From the NCBI GenBank assembly GCA_020536535.1, contig JAHLWZ010000909.1:1-50954 (forward strand): 50,954 bases of DNA. Direction: 5' to 3'. This document shows, in pieces, positions 1-11,661 of this stretch; position 1 is the first letter of the stretch, and the number at the start of each line of letters is the position of its first letter. The position numbers were made by a program, and so were the translations under genes. The notes beneath the pieces are model-generated. The model searched no databases and was not told the origin of the DNA. It saw only the letters and a program-made list of their open reading frames with translations. Origin of the DNA: Pelomyxa schiedti. Its lineage: Eukaryota > Protista > Evosea.

Positions 1-1049
1 GGCATTACTATAGGCAAGTGATAACCTGTGTGCCATACACCATGTATTGGGTGCACCAACCAAGGGACCTATCCCCTTCAAAGCACCATCAGAGACAACA
101 CCAATTATCTGAAAACCCCAAATCGTTTTATATTTCTGTGGAATGTAAATTAATATGAAAGAAAAAATAACAGGCCTGAATAAGGGTGCCAATCTCTGGA
201 TTGGTATGTGTTCCAGGCATATATTCAGGGGGCATGATGTACTCCATTAGTGTACCATTTGCAAAAAGCCTCAGCTTCCACAGTAGATAGGGGTCTTGTG
301 AGCAATCACTCCACATATCTAGAATAACACAGACTGATTTGTATTGCACAGCCTCTTTTACCTGTAGAAGTAAAACAAAATTAAATAAATAAAGTAAAAG
401 GCACACTTTCTGAAGTGTCTGTTCATAAATCTTCAAAACAGCAGCTTTCATGGATTTTCTTCCTTTTGGTTTAACTTCAGGTCCCCACAGATCAAGAGAA
501 TCAGCATCAGTCAATGGACGCATGTTCTTAGGGAAAGTGAAAGCGTGAAGGAAAAAATATTTAAATACCATGACTATGAATCTGAGTACACGCTTATTAG
601 CCTCCAACTGCCAAGTCTTTGTTGAAGAACAAAATCGGGATAGGGAAGTTTGTATCTGTGGGCAGCTGGATGAGGACCCAGTTGCGGGAGTGATAGGAGA
701 AGTGAGTTGCAACCACAGTTGAACCGCTTCTGGAGGAAGAACAAGGAGGTGGTTGAAGGGGGGGAGTGGCTGTCTCTCCTAGAGGAACCTCTTGGGGTTG
801 TGTTGTAGGTGTGAGGGTTTTTTGAACTATGGCACCTGTTACAGGTCAGAAAAGCAAGGATACCCTTAAAGGAGGTAACACACCAGTTTTTTTGCCACAT
901 ACTTTCTCCCAATGTCGAATGAGCCCAGATGTTGATTTCTTTTTGCATGCCAATCGTTGTCGGCACACAGAACAAAATGCATAATCCTTGGGTGCAGCAG
1001 GATCGGGGATAAAGTGTGGCCACACATCCGCACCAGTGAGTGTCGACAT
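1..1049 (-). CDS. BED-finger hAT transposase (spliced, 3'-partial; intactness uncertain)
   Basis: ATG 1049: DVWPHF...AFCSVC...STSGLIRHW (BED finger). First catalytic D in ILDMWSD, then GTHT. After the 136-175 intron: GVVSDGA (second D) and CMAHRL (CxxH motif of hAT transposases). Confidence 0.88.
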
Positions 1050-1188
1050 CCAAACTACACACAGCCAGGACAACAATTTTTTCCTTTTCACAATCAAAAA
1101 GGGTTATGGGAACGGGACCCACGGGAATACCTTTACATTTCCCACGGGACTCCGGGAACCGACTGGTTTATCTTCCCGTCCATCACTG
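1..1188 (-). mobile_element. hAT-superfamily DNA transposon, one end present; continues past the left window edge
   Basis: Terminus 1188->1173 reads CAGTGATGGACGGGAA (hAT-type CAGTG start). Clustered subterminal CGGGA/CCCACGGGA motifs lie at ~1110-1180, immediately upstream of a BED-hAT transposase. Confidence 0.8.
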
Positions 1189-1699
1189 GTTGTAAGGCCT
1201 GGTTTCGGATAGATGGTGAGATTCCAGGGGATGAGGTTCTTAATGAGGTTTTGCCAGTTGGTCTCTGGGGGCTGTCATGGTCAAGGTGAGCTTGTGCTGG
1301 AGTGATCTTATGGGAACACCTTGATATATTGCACAAGATATCTGTACATGTCTGTGGGAGTACATCAGGTGAGAAGACTTCGAATCTACACTTGTATTGC
1401 CGGATAGAGTGAACATAGATGTTGGTGGCTGGATTCCCATAACTCTAGGGATAATCTCTCCTTTTGCGTTCCTTCTCCGTGATGTTTCTGATAACCTCCA
1501 ATCTCTGGAGGGTCAGTGCTTAGTGCACTACTCAAGAGTAAGTTGGTTGTTTGAGACTGCGCAGGTACCCATTGGATATGTCTTCAACCCAATCATATAC
1601 GAACTCTGCCACCCAAATCTGTCAAAATACCTTGGGATGATCTGCTCTTTTTTTTTTTCCTTTTGAAAAACCACTTGTGGTGCTGTGGATGCCATCAAC

Positions 1700-1860
1700 A
1701 AAGTGGTGACTGAAAGTTGTGTTGTTTATTGATTTAATATTAGGGGGAAGTCAGGCAGCCCAGCCAAGTGTTCTCATACCCAAAGGGGTTGATGTAGTAT
1801 CTGTTGTTCTCTTGAGCACAATAAGACACGATGTCCTGAAAACCCTGCAAACCAAGTGCA
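1700..1860 (+). pseudogene. Degenerate CCHC zinc-knuckle fragment, probably a transposase tail (MULE-like)
   Basis: 1793-1834 translates CSICCSLEHNKTRC (Cx2Cx4Hx4C), preceded by in-frame TGA codons at positions where Arg (CGA) would fit. Confidence 0.5.
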
Positions 1861-1998
1861 ACCACAATGCACTCAAACTTCATCTCAGCTTTTTCAACCA
1901 CCCCCTCAAACTGCGGGGCTCCTTGGAGCAACCCAACCACCTCCTCTCATCCTTGCTCCCCCTGTATTTGGTTTGATTTTAATGCACCCTGGTGAAGG

Positions 1999-2586
1999 TA
2001 GAACAAAGTGCATAACTTTGAAGACAAAAATAAACACATCATTGTGCAAATCCATCAGGACCATCGATCATTATATTACTGGTGTGCCACATTTGATATG
2101 CTTCTTTATGCTCTGTTCAATAATGCTTACCGTTACAACTATGTTTGTTCATTACTTTTGAAGTTAAATAACTTTCTACAGGCTGTTGAAGTTGCTATTG
2201 GTAATCCCAGGCCAAAGATGATACGTGACTATTTGTCTTGTGTTTGTCTAGCACTTGCTCCTCCTCAAATGGAAGCCAATACAACATCCCAAGTATGCAT
2301 CCACGATACTTGCTCTTGGCCAAAGGTGAAACGAGCTTGTATGTGGTGCAAACACATTACATCTTTGGTTGATGGCTATTGCACAAACCCTGTGAATGGG
2401 AAAGAAGCTACACTGTGCTCTTTGGAATGCAATATCAGGTGGCACTGTGCTCAGAAACATCTCCTAATTGGGATCTCTGTACTGCCAGCAAAGAACCCTC
2501 CTCCATCTCCACAGAGGCAGCAACTTACACATGCAGGATCCTCTGCAGCTGGCTCCATAGGTTCAACCAATGCACACTCTTTTTGA
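1999..2586 (+). pseudogene. piggyBac-like transposase C-terminal fragment
   Basis: [*]NKVHNFEDK resembles YNK.MGGVD. YYWCATFDMLLYALFNNAYRYNY resembles W.K.FF.LLD.A.VNAY.LY. Cys-rich tail KRACMWC...T....C...LCSLECNIRWH. Probable 39-nt intron 2143-2181. Confidence 0.6.
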
Positions 2587-2744
2587 TCCTGATCGGCGCT
2601 TCGACTTCGCGTTTTTCAACGTCGCAGCTTTTTTCGCGGATCGCTGTCTTCTAACCTAACCCGCTAAACAACAAAACTTTATTTCCATTCTAAAACTTCG
2701 AATTTTTCGAAGGTGGGGGGGGGTCTAGAAGTGCGCTCCCCATT

Positions 2745-3460
2745 GGATATGATATTGCTTGGTAATGATTCGGTTGTCAGTGTTTGGGGGGGGCCATCAA
2801 TCTTTGTAGTTCCTTCCACTTTGGGGAAAGCAAAGAACAGTGAGTTGTTGAAATGGGGTGGAGCTGGGTATTTTGACTTAGCCAGTAGAACATGTTGCAT
2901 AGGATACAGGCTGAGAGTTTGGGGAAGGCCTTCCATACTGCCAAGTATATTCCATCTGGTCCTAGGGCAGATTTAGGCTTGCATGAAAGGATTGCCGCTT
3001 CAAACTCTACTTCTGTTAGTTGGGGGATTGGCCTAGTTTCTTATTGTATTTGCTCAGGAGTGTCTTCCAGGCTTCAATGTTTGATGAAATAGGCAACAGT
3101 GGAGCCCGGAATTCCTTTGTGATCTCATCCTTCCGTTGGGAGTTGTCAGTTAAGTTATTGGTTGTGGGGTTAAGCATCTGAGTAAAGGTTACTCTTGGCT
3201 GGAATCTCTGGGAAGAGGGTGTGCTTCCTCTTGGGAATTTTAATGTAAACTGGGTTTGGATCTCCTCTAGTACACTTTGGTCTGGAGCTTCTTATATAGC
3301 TTCCAGCATGCGACTGGATTCTCTGGGAGAGTTGCTGGGAGTATCTTCAGAAGGTGAAGCCTGTAAGCTGGAGGTCTGTCCTTATTCCATGTCATGTGGA
3401 TACTGTCAATAGAATTGACTGAAGCATTCATACCCAAACAGTGCACTTCAGTCAATAAGG
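2745..3460 (-). mobile_element. Degenerate non-LTR retrotransposon (LINE) ORF2 fragment, RT domain 0-1 region
   Basis: LTEVEFEAAILSCKPKSALGPDGIYLAVWK (GPDG at 2962-2951), then frameshifted HFNNSLFFAFPK. Stops and frameshifts throughout. Confidence 0.75.
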
Positions 3461-3724
3461 ATGAAACCAGCTGTTACAAACACAGGAAACGATGAATGGG
3501 CTCGAACATCCAACATTTCACGAACTTACTCAGGACAAAAACTTAACTAATTTGCCTGGAACTCGACATCATACTGATGCATTTACGCAAAAAACACTCA
3601 CGCTTAACTCTCGCACAACAGTGTTTCATAACGACCAACCATCATTGATGGCACCCAAAAATTACGTTCCTTCGCGAAAACTCGAGTGGTCAGCAAAATC
3701 GAATTTGTAATTTCCGCGTCGGAG

Positions 3725-5089
3725 ATGTACCGCGCGCACTCGCTGTCCCACGTCGCGTCGAACACCGGACGAGCACCCGCCCCGTGCCCCCTGTGCCAGC
3801 TCTCGGCCCGCAGGTCCATGAGATCCGCCGCCAAGTCCTCGTCCCCGTCCTCTTCGTTCGAGCCCCCGGTGTTGCCGTGTGGCTGCCTCGACACCACGTC
3901 CGCAGTTGCGTGCAGCTCGCCGTCCTCGCCGTCGCCGTCGCCGACGCGCCACCACCTGGGCACCTCGTCCCCGCCCAAGTTGGTGTCCTCCGAGAGGGAC
4001 GACACTGCGCAGAGCTCGCTGATCAGGATGCAGGTTCGTGGCCTGGTCGATCTCTCCGACCGCGCCGTGATTTCGCTGCTCAGGGCTACGGCTACCAACG
4101 CGCCGGCGCCGGGCAAAATCACGGCTTCCGATGATTCTTCTTCTTGTTGTTGTTCTGCGAAGAGTATTATTAGCCCCTCGACAACAACCATCACCCCTAT
4201 CACCACTACTACTACTACTTCAAATTCCAATCCCAATCCCAATCCCACTCCTATTTCTACTTCTACTTGTACTACTAATTCTCCTACTTCTACTGCTACT
4301 ACCACTGGCAATTGTACAGCTACTGCAAGTGAGAGTTCTCCTTGTACTTCGGTACCGACTACCGCGTCAAAGGCGGCTCCTATTACTTCACCGGAATGTT
4401 CAAGCAGTTCACATATTACAGCTCTGACTAGTAGCGTTACAGACAGCGCGATTGTAAATACACCGACTTGTTCTGCTCCCAGAGTGGCAAATGCTAGTGG
4501 CACTAACACTGGTGACCATCCGCGGATGCCTCCAAGGCAGAGGAACCTCATTTTGGCAAGTCTGAACGCTTTACCGGATAAAACTTTCTATGCTGATGAA
4601 GATGAAGTCGGAGACTCTTTGGAGGCTGAAGATGTGCCCACTTCATCCCTGCCACCAAAGAGGAGAGATTTTCTGACCACCAAGCACAGGGCGAATATCA
4701 TTGGTGCTGAATCACAGAACTCCGACGGTGATAATGAGGAACTACAGGGAGATGAAGTGTCACCCGCAGAAAATAGCTTGCCCCCAATTAAACCAAGGGG
4801 GCGGTATTCACACAGCGGAAGGGTCTGTGGACATCCAACACAAAATGGAAAAGCTGCCCTAACAGGCCCTGGTGAGGAGCCGTCCCATCAAACCACAGTT
4901 GTGGGGCCGCGCTGCTATTGTAGCCGGCCTATTTGGGAATGGCAAAAGAGCTTCCCGGCGGATGATGGTAACACAGCTGCTATTAATTCTGCAATCACAG
5001 TGTTGAGTTCAATGATGAGTAAAGTCAGACAGGAAAGGGAAGCCATTACTGTCAAGACATCTCCTGTATTATCTCGAAGTTCTCACTGA
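3725..5089 (+). CDS. Hypothetical Ser/Thr/Pro-rich protein (apparently intronless)
   Basis: Open frame from ATG 3725 to TGA 5089 with a CpG-rich 5' end like other genes here. Mostly low complexity, with (ACT)n and (AATCCC)n at ~4205-4245. No recognisable domain. Confidence 0.55.
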   Translation: MYRAHSLSHVASNTGRAPAPCPLCQLSARRSMRSAAKSSSPSSSFEPPVLPCGCLDTTSAVACSSPSSPSPSPTRHHLGTSSPPKLVSSERDDTAQSSLIRMQVRGLVDLSDRAVISLLRATATNAPAPGKITASDDSSSCCCSAKSIISPSTTTITPITTTTTTSNSNPNPNPTPISTSTCTTNSPTSTATTTGNCTATASESSPCTSVPTTASKAAPITSPECSSSSHITALTSSVTDSAIVNTPTCSAPRVANASGTNTGDHPRMPPRQRNLILASLNALPDKTFYADEDEVGDSLEAEDVPTSSLPPKRRDFLTTKHRANIIGAESQNSDGDNEELQGDEVSPAENSLPPIKPRGRYSHSGRVCGHPTQNGKAALTGPGEEPSHQTTVVGPRCYCSRPIWEWQKSFPADDGNTAAINSAITVLSSMMSKVRQEREAITVKTSPVLSRSSH

Positions 5090-5254
5090 TATTCATACAC
5101 GCAACAAACAAACAACTTAAAATCGCACCACCTATGTGTTTATAGCAAAAAGTACCTTGTCTTGTACCGCATCAATTTCCCATAATCTTATTCACCCTGC
5201 GCAAAATCCCGCCGCTTTTGGTGTCCGGCTACTCCGTGTTCTCTCAGAATGTAT

Positions 5255-5332
5255 CCTACTGATGATAAAAAAATATACCCAAAAACTTCAGAAGAATCCT
5301 TGGTTGACAACCATTGCACCACACTGAGTTCT
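5255..5332 (+). ncRNA. Box C/D snoRNA, snR40-like dual guide
   Basis: Box C CTGATGA 5259-5265. Guide TATACCCAAA 5274-5283 is antisense to conserved LSU UUUGGGUAUA. Degenerate D' lies near 5286-5292. Guide TGCACCAC 5315-5322 is antisense to conserved SSU GUGGUGCA, one nt before box D CTGA 5324-5327. Confidence 0.7.
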
Positions 5333-5471
5333 ATTTTTTTTCTTCTCCGACAGTAGTGACTCACAGCCTCCCAGTCACGTTCTCCTAAAACCAAGTGGCA
5401 TTAATTGCCTGCTCCACAGATCCATTCTCTTGAAAAAACACAATTTGGGAAAACAACCGTTGTAAATAATA

Positions 5472-8400
5472 ATGAGCGGCGGTGTGGATCATCGTGTGCG
5501 GCAGGCGAACGTTGGGCAAGACACGTATGAGGACTATGATAACAATGAGGAGATCCCGCCTCGTCAGCCGGACCGTCGGCGTTTCTTTACGAGCTCAAAG
5601 TCGTTGTGCTACGTGCTTGGGGTGATAACGGTCTTCCTCTTTGTGGCCACTTTCTCTGCTTTTGTTCTGTATTTTCACGATCACCATGATGATCCTCTGG
5701 AAAAGAACCCTGCTATTGAGGACCTTGTACCCCCTCCCGAGGTTTTTGGTGAGCGAAGACGCCTTGGATTTGGGGATGATGGCGATGAGCCTGTACCACG
5801 TAACACTTTGAATGACTTTATTGACTCCTGTGGGCGTATTGGCAAAAATCGATTCGACACTCACATTTCCACTGGTATTCAAAAACGTTATTTCCAGTTG
5901 CAATTAACAGCGTACAGATAAGTCTCTGTACAAGCCAGGGGACACAGTATTTATAAGAGCTGTTCTACTGGACGCATTCAATAAAACCGGTGTCACAGAT
6001 GTGTGGCTAAATGTTCTTGTATCTATTGCATCTCCCCGCGGTGACGTTGTGTTCTCCGACTCTCCCCCGGTCCAAGACTCAGTATTAAGTAGCTGCTGGC
6101 AGACACAGACTGACATCAGTGGGGGGGATTACACTGTTACTGTGTCGTATCCTCGCATAAGTGGCCCCCCACCATCTTCACGAAAATTTACCATTTCCGC
6201 TTTTCGTACTCCCAAAGTTGGGATCACCATCAACTTCCCTAAGAGTGGATATGGTCCAACAGATACCGTCACAGCAGATGTGGAGGTACTTGGCAGCTAA
6301 TGAAGCACTTTTAATGACAAGAATTTGCAGATAAAAAGAAATGATGGCTCCACCCCAGAAAATGCTGATGTAAGTGCGACTGCAACAATTGACGGTCTTT
6401 CGATTTGGCAGAAAGATGCTTCTCTAGATAAATCTGGCATATTTCATCTTTCATTTGTGCTGCCGGACGCTATTAAATCTGTATTCCAAATGGAGCACAT
6501 TACAATTTAATCTCACAGAAGAATATAGACTGAGGGATTTTTGAATGTTGTGGTTATTGATGGTGGAGCAGTAGAGAGTAAAAGCAAGACTATACCACTT
6601 ATCTTGAGTGACATTGATATCGACTTTTACCCTGAAGGAGGTGACATTATACCTGGCATTACTAACAGGTTGGTCTGCCTCTTTTTTTATCGTCTTAACG
6701 TTATTAGAGTTTATTTCGAGGTGCGATCTTCTTCTGAAGAGCCCATCAGCATTGTTGCAGACCTGCAGGACAAGACTGCAAGCACTATTGTACTCCTCTC
6801 CTCAATTTTTCATGCCACTCGTTTATCATCGTCTTACAGGTGGTGAGTAACATCTTGTCGTACCATGAAGGTTGACAGAATCTCTGTAGATTAGATGCGC
6901 TAATGAACGACCATAGGACGTGGGAGCTTTGAGTTTCTGCCCAAAAGAGACCATTCTTATGAGTTTATCGTCAAGAAGCCTTCTGGAATTCGCGAACCTG
7001 TTCCCTTACCCTTCCTTGAAACCATTTCTTCTGTGTGTATCACTACCCGAGGGAGAATATTCGACTTCGACGATGTGATTCTTCTTGATGTATCACATAC
7101 TCGCTGGGGTGAGTTTTTCTAACATGATAGAAGGTCAATGCCAGGTCAACCAGCCAAGTACGTAAGTTGACTGTTACCATAATGCAACACGAGAAAAAAG
7201 TCAGTTCAACTACGTTATCTGTCCCAAGTTCATCTTCAAATGACCAATTTGCCTGCTTGTATAGTTCACTCATTTACAAGTAATTTTGACCTAAACTAGA
7301 CATGCCAAGTTTGCTGATTTGCCAGATACTGCAGTTGGCGTGCTGACAGTTACTGTCTTTAATAGCAACGACATTCCTATGGCAGAAAGGTTAATTTTTA
7401 GAAAACCGAAGAGCAGCCTCTCTATATCTGTAACAGCAGGTCTGATTCTAAGAGATTGTATCTTCATTAACCGTATATCTCAGACCACAACTTATACACC
7501 CCTGGATCACCAGTGACTCTAAATTTTCAAGTTAACGACACTGAAAGTGGGGCGGGTGTCATGGCCAATCTTGGAATTGTGGTGAATTTCTTTGTAATTG
7601 ATTTCCATAGACGAATCCTGAGCCTAAATAGGTAACTGATGACGCTGTGTTTCAAATGTTGGAACCACGAAAAAGGCCACCACGTTTGCCATCAATGGCA
7701 TTGCTTGAACATCACATTGATCACCTTACTGATCCCGCATCATATATTGACCTTCCTGGAGTTGAGGATGACATTACTGTCGATCAAGATATTGCTTTGG
7801 ACTTATTACTCGGAACCCAAGGATGGCGGAGATTTGCTTACAGCGACTGGGGCTCCTTTGAGGGGAAGTGGGGAGATAATGCCAAGGCTATGGCCGTTTG
7901 CAATCCGATAGAAGATCGCATTGAGGAAAGAGGTACTTTTTCCCTTAGAAATTGATGTAGCTAATACCAACTTCAGCACTTGGAGGAATGGTTAATGTAC
8001 TTTCTCAGCCTTCTATTTTATCACGAACACCCAACAAAACAACAAAACTTTTTGTTTGATTTAGATGTGGTTTCAGGATGCAGCTGCTATGCCGGAAATG
8101 GCTATGGAGGAACCAAAAGTATTTGCCGCCAGAGCCCCAATTCCTGCAGCACCTCCTGTAGAAGGACTTCCTGCCCCAAAACAAGCATTCCGATTTGAAA
8201 ATCCTGCAGATGCTTTTCAGGGTAAAATGGTGGCACCAAAGAGGATGCCCTCTCGTCCTGCTGTTAACTTCTGCCGGCAATACGCTCATAAACGTGACAG
8301 CTCCAAGGCTCACCAGTAGGCTTTCAGCCTTTCCCTGATTATTTACAATAATGGTAATTGCAGGGAACGCACAGATTTCACGGAAACAGTGTTCTGGGCA

Positions 8401-11250
8401 GCGGGGGTAAAAACAGATGCAAATGGATTTGCCCAAGTAACATTCTCACTTAGTGACCTTATTACAAGGTTTTTCAAGCTGTAACTTCTGGATTTGCTCA
8501 CTTTATTCCTAGGTTTCGTGTTGTAGTGGACGGCTTTGCTGAAGGAAAACAAGGAGGACTTCTTGGATCCTTAGAAGCGCACCTCCAGAGTAAACAAGAG
8601 TTTTACTTGGAACCTAAGTTGCCTGTTTTTATTAGTGAAGGTATGTAAATTAATGCAACCTTTGTTTTTCTAACGAAAAAAAATTGTTCAGGAGATACAA
8701 TGCAGATTCCAATTGTCGTATTCAACGAAGGGCAGGAAAATTTGGTTGCTACTGTGTCCTCACCTTCATTTGAAAGCTCGAAGTTTGTAGTATCATCCAA
8801 CAGTGCCGTGGAGGTACCAGTTGTAGGACACAGTAGTGCAAGGCATATTGTCGAAGTTTCTGTTGGAAATGCCTCCTCTGGTTCTCTCCTTTTTCCACCA
8901 TTGCTCCCCAGATGCATCTTGTACTTTTTCTTATTATCCATAGGCCTGACCGACATGACTTTCCATGGTAAAAGTACGTTGTTCCAGGATACAGTGGTAC
9001 AGAAACTTACTATCTCCCCACGTGGTGAGTATTGGTTTTGCCTTTATGAACCCGTCTTTTCTTAAAGAGCCTTCAGGGTTTCCAATTAAAATTGGAGGTA
9101 GTGGCATGCTTACCACCGATAAAGCTTCTGATGTGTCAGTGTCACTCCCTCCCGCATACAAATCTGTGAAAACGCAAGTTTCAATTTATCCCACCCCTGC
9201 AGCAAACTTGCAACAGGTCCGCCATTTGCCCCTCAAAACACATACAACCTCACAGTCAACAGGCACTCATGGCTTTGATTCGGGAGCCTTTTGGCTGTTT
9301 TGAACAAACCAGTAGTGTTACGTACCCAACCATCATGGCACAGCAGTACTTCAAGTCCCATGCCAACGTCGACCCAGAACTGATTGTTTCAACGCATCAG
9401 ATGCTGGACAAGGGTAACCTTTCTGGGCTTCTTGTCCTTTAATCCCACATTGTAGGCTACAAGCGTCTCATTTCATTTGAATCTGATGGTGGAGGATTTG
9501 AGTGGTTTGGGTCATCACCTGGTATTTTGTTCTCCGTTTATGATAAAGTCTCAATGCATGAATGCATCATACAGCTCACGAGGCTCTCACAGCATATGGC
9601 GTACTTGGTTTGCTTCCCTAATTTAGAGCTAACAACCCTAACTAAAGAGCAGAGTTTACTGATATGTCGAAAGTTTATCCAGTTGACCAAGCAATGCTCG
9701 ATCGAACTCAAAATTGGCTCTTTAACCAAGTATTCCCATTCCACGAGAGAACAGAATTTAAGAAAAAAAAAAAGCGCACAGACACAGGTTTTAAGAGGAA
9801 TAGTAGACAGCTTGATTCATTTGGGGGAGCTCCTGATGACATCACCAAGTATGTTCTTTACTAAACGTATGGGCTATCTAATTTGCCTGAAGTGCCTATA
9901 TTGTCTGGTCTCTTACGTTCGCTGGTCTCACAACTGGGTTGGATAAGCAAATCGAGTACTTATCCAATAAAGCCAGAGCTTCTCAAGATCCCTACCTTAT
10001 TGGTCTTGTTGCTGGAACAATGTACAATATTGGTATCTGTCTAATACTACTGGAGAAAGGCATCATTCATTGACTATTTTATAGGAAATAATGCATTCGG
10101 AACGGAGTTAGCATCTCGTTTAGTACCTTTCCAGAAGTCCAAAGGAGAAGTTGCGGAAGCAACAACCTCGATCACACTCTCGAGAGGGGATTCGTTGCTT
10201 ATTGAAACTACTGCGTATGCAAAACTATTCAATTCTTTCCTTGTCTAAAGTGATGTAAAAACAAGGATATCCATTCTATCCTGGTTGAACAATGACGAAA
10301 AGTTTGCAGGTAATACAGAGAAAGCTGTCGAGTGGCTATCAACACGTTGCAAAGATGGAGCTTTTGGCAGCACACAAAGCACTGTTTTGGCTTTGAAGGT
10401 AAGGGTAATCACTATCGTCGATTTAGGGTCACTTTTTTAGGCAATAATAGCATACGACGTCAAACGAGCCAAGCCTCCAGTTCCTTTGGACTTCTCACTG
10501 ATTCTGGATAACAATCTAATCTCCGAAGTGCATTTTGACCCTGTTATTGATCGCAATGTTACTTTGCCTGGTTTTGTCTTAGCAAGGAGGGAAAGGCTCT
10601 AAACAAACTCAGATTTTGCGGATAAGCTGTCTTCTGGGAATCATGTAGTCTCACTTCAAATGAAATCTTCTGTTTCGTGGTCTGTCCCATTCTCCGTTTC
10701 TGTAGATTATATTTCGGATTTGCCTGCATCCAACGATGTACGTAATGGCTCCAGGTTATCAATGCATAGTAACAATATTCACAGGGCTGCGAAATAAATT
10801 TCGATACCTCTTTGGCCAAGTCAGAATTGACTGAAGGGGATGCCACCCAGGTGCGTGTATCACTAGAAAATAAGATAAAAGAGCCACAAGGGATGGTAGT
10901 TGCCATCGTTGGACTTCCAGGAGGTATGGGAAACAACCAACAACACAAATCAAATCGCCAATCAAGCGAAGCAAAACTTACCAACTCCACAATCAGGTCT
11001 GCAGCCCGTTCTGCCCAAATTGCAAGAGCTCGTGACTAGCAAGGCAATCTCGTTCTTTGAGACAAGCGGCCCCAATGTGGTTCTCTACTGGAGGTCGCTT
11101 GGGCCCCAACAGAAGGTATCACTGAACTTTGACGTCCAAGCCGCGTTCCCCGGCACATACACCGGCCCGGCCAGCAGTGCCTACGCCTACTATTCCAACG
11201 ACGTAAAGCAATGGAGGGACCCTCTGCATGTCACAATCAAGCCAAAGTAA
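5472..11250 (+). CDS. Alpha-2-macroglobulin-like thioester-containing protein with an N-terminal TM anchor (multi-exon)
   Basis: TM LCYVLGVITVFLFVATFSAFVLYF; MG-domain TDKSLYKPGDTV; FYPEGG; LDLLLGTQGWRRF; RTDFTETVFW; thioester REPFGCFEQT (GCFEQ 9293-9307); GGFEWFG...HEALTAYG; FGSTQST; receptor-binding-like end PGTYTGPASSAYAYY, stop TAA 11248-11250. Confidence 0.93.
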
Positions 11251-11661
11251 AGCATAGGCAAAACACAAAAAAAAGATGGTGCACGTCACCTGCCTTCCTA
11301 AGTACACTACGTAACATTGAAAAATGAGAGGCCTAGAACCCATCCCAACTTGGGTGGGTGGGAAAATCACTGGACTTTTTTTCGCCATTTGCCTGTTTTT
11401 TTTCGAAACATCAGTGCTGCCCTCAAGAGTGCACTTCCCGGCAGCCGGATTTGAGGAATTTGGTTTTTCGCCCGAAACGAAGCCCCGGCGCTTTATGGAA
11501 GATTATTTCATTAGAAGATAACACCCACCCAAAAAAAAAGAACGAGATCCCATTAACAACAAAAAAATAAATACAACCAACCAACGATCGCTTTGAGGCT
11601 AGGTCCTGTCACCACTCAACAGCCACATCGGCCAGATCTCATTTGTTCAATACAGCCCGCA

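Noticed and set aside
2696-2728. Helitron-like 3' end: hairpin CTTCGAA-TTT-TTCGAAG, 12 nt, then CTAG
   Set aside because: The next base is A rather than T, the stem is AT-rich, and there is no Rep/helicase remnant. It may be the end of another element.
1189-3470. Stop-codon reassignment suggested by in-frame stops
   Set aside because: Intact genes end in TAA (A2M), TAG (RRP40) and TGA (U1A). In-frame stops are confined to relics that also carry frameshifts.
3488-3580. Possible C/D snoRNA (CGATGA...CGACATCATACTGA)
   Set aside because: Poor box C and only about a 7-nt match to conserved LSU sequence.
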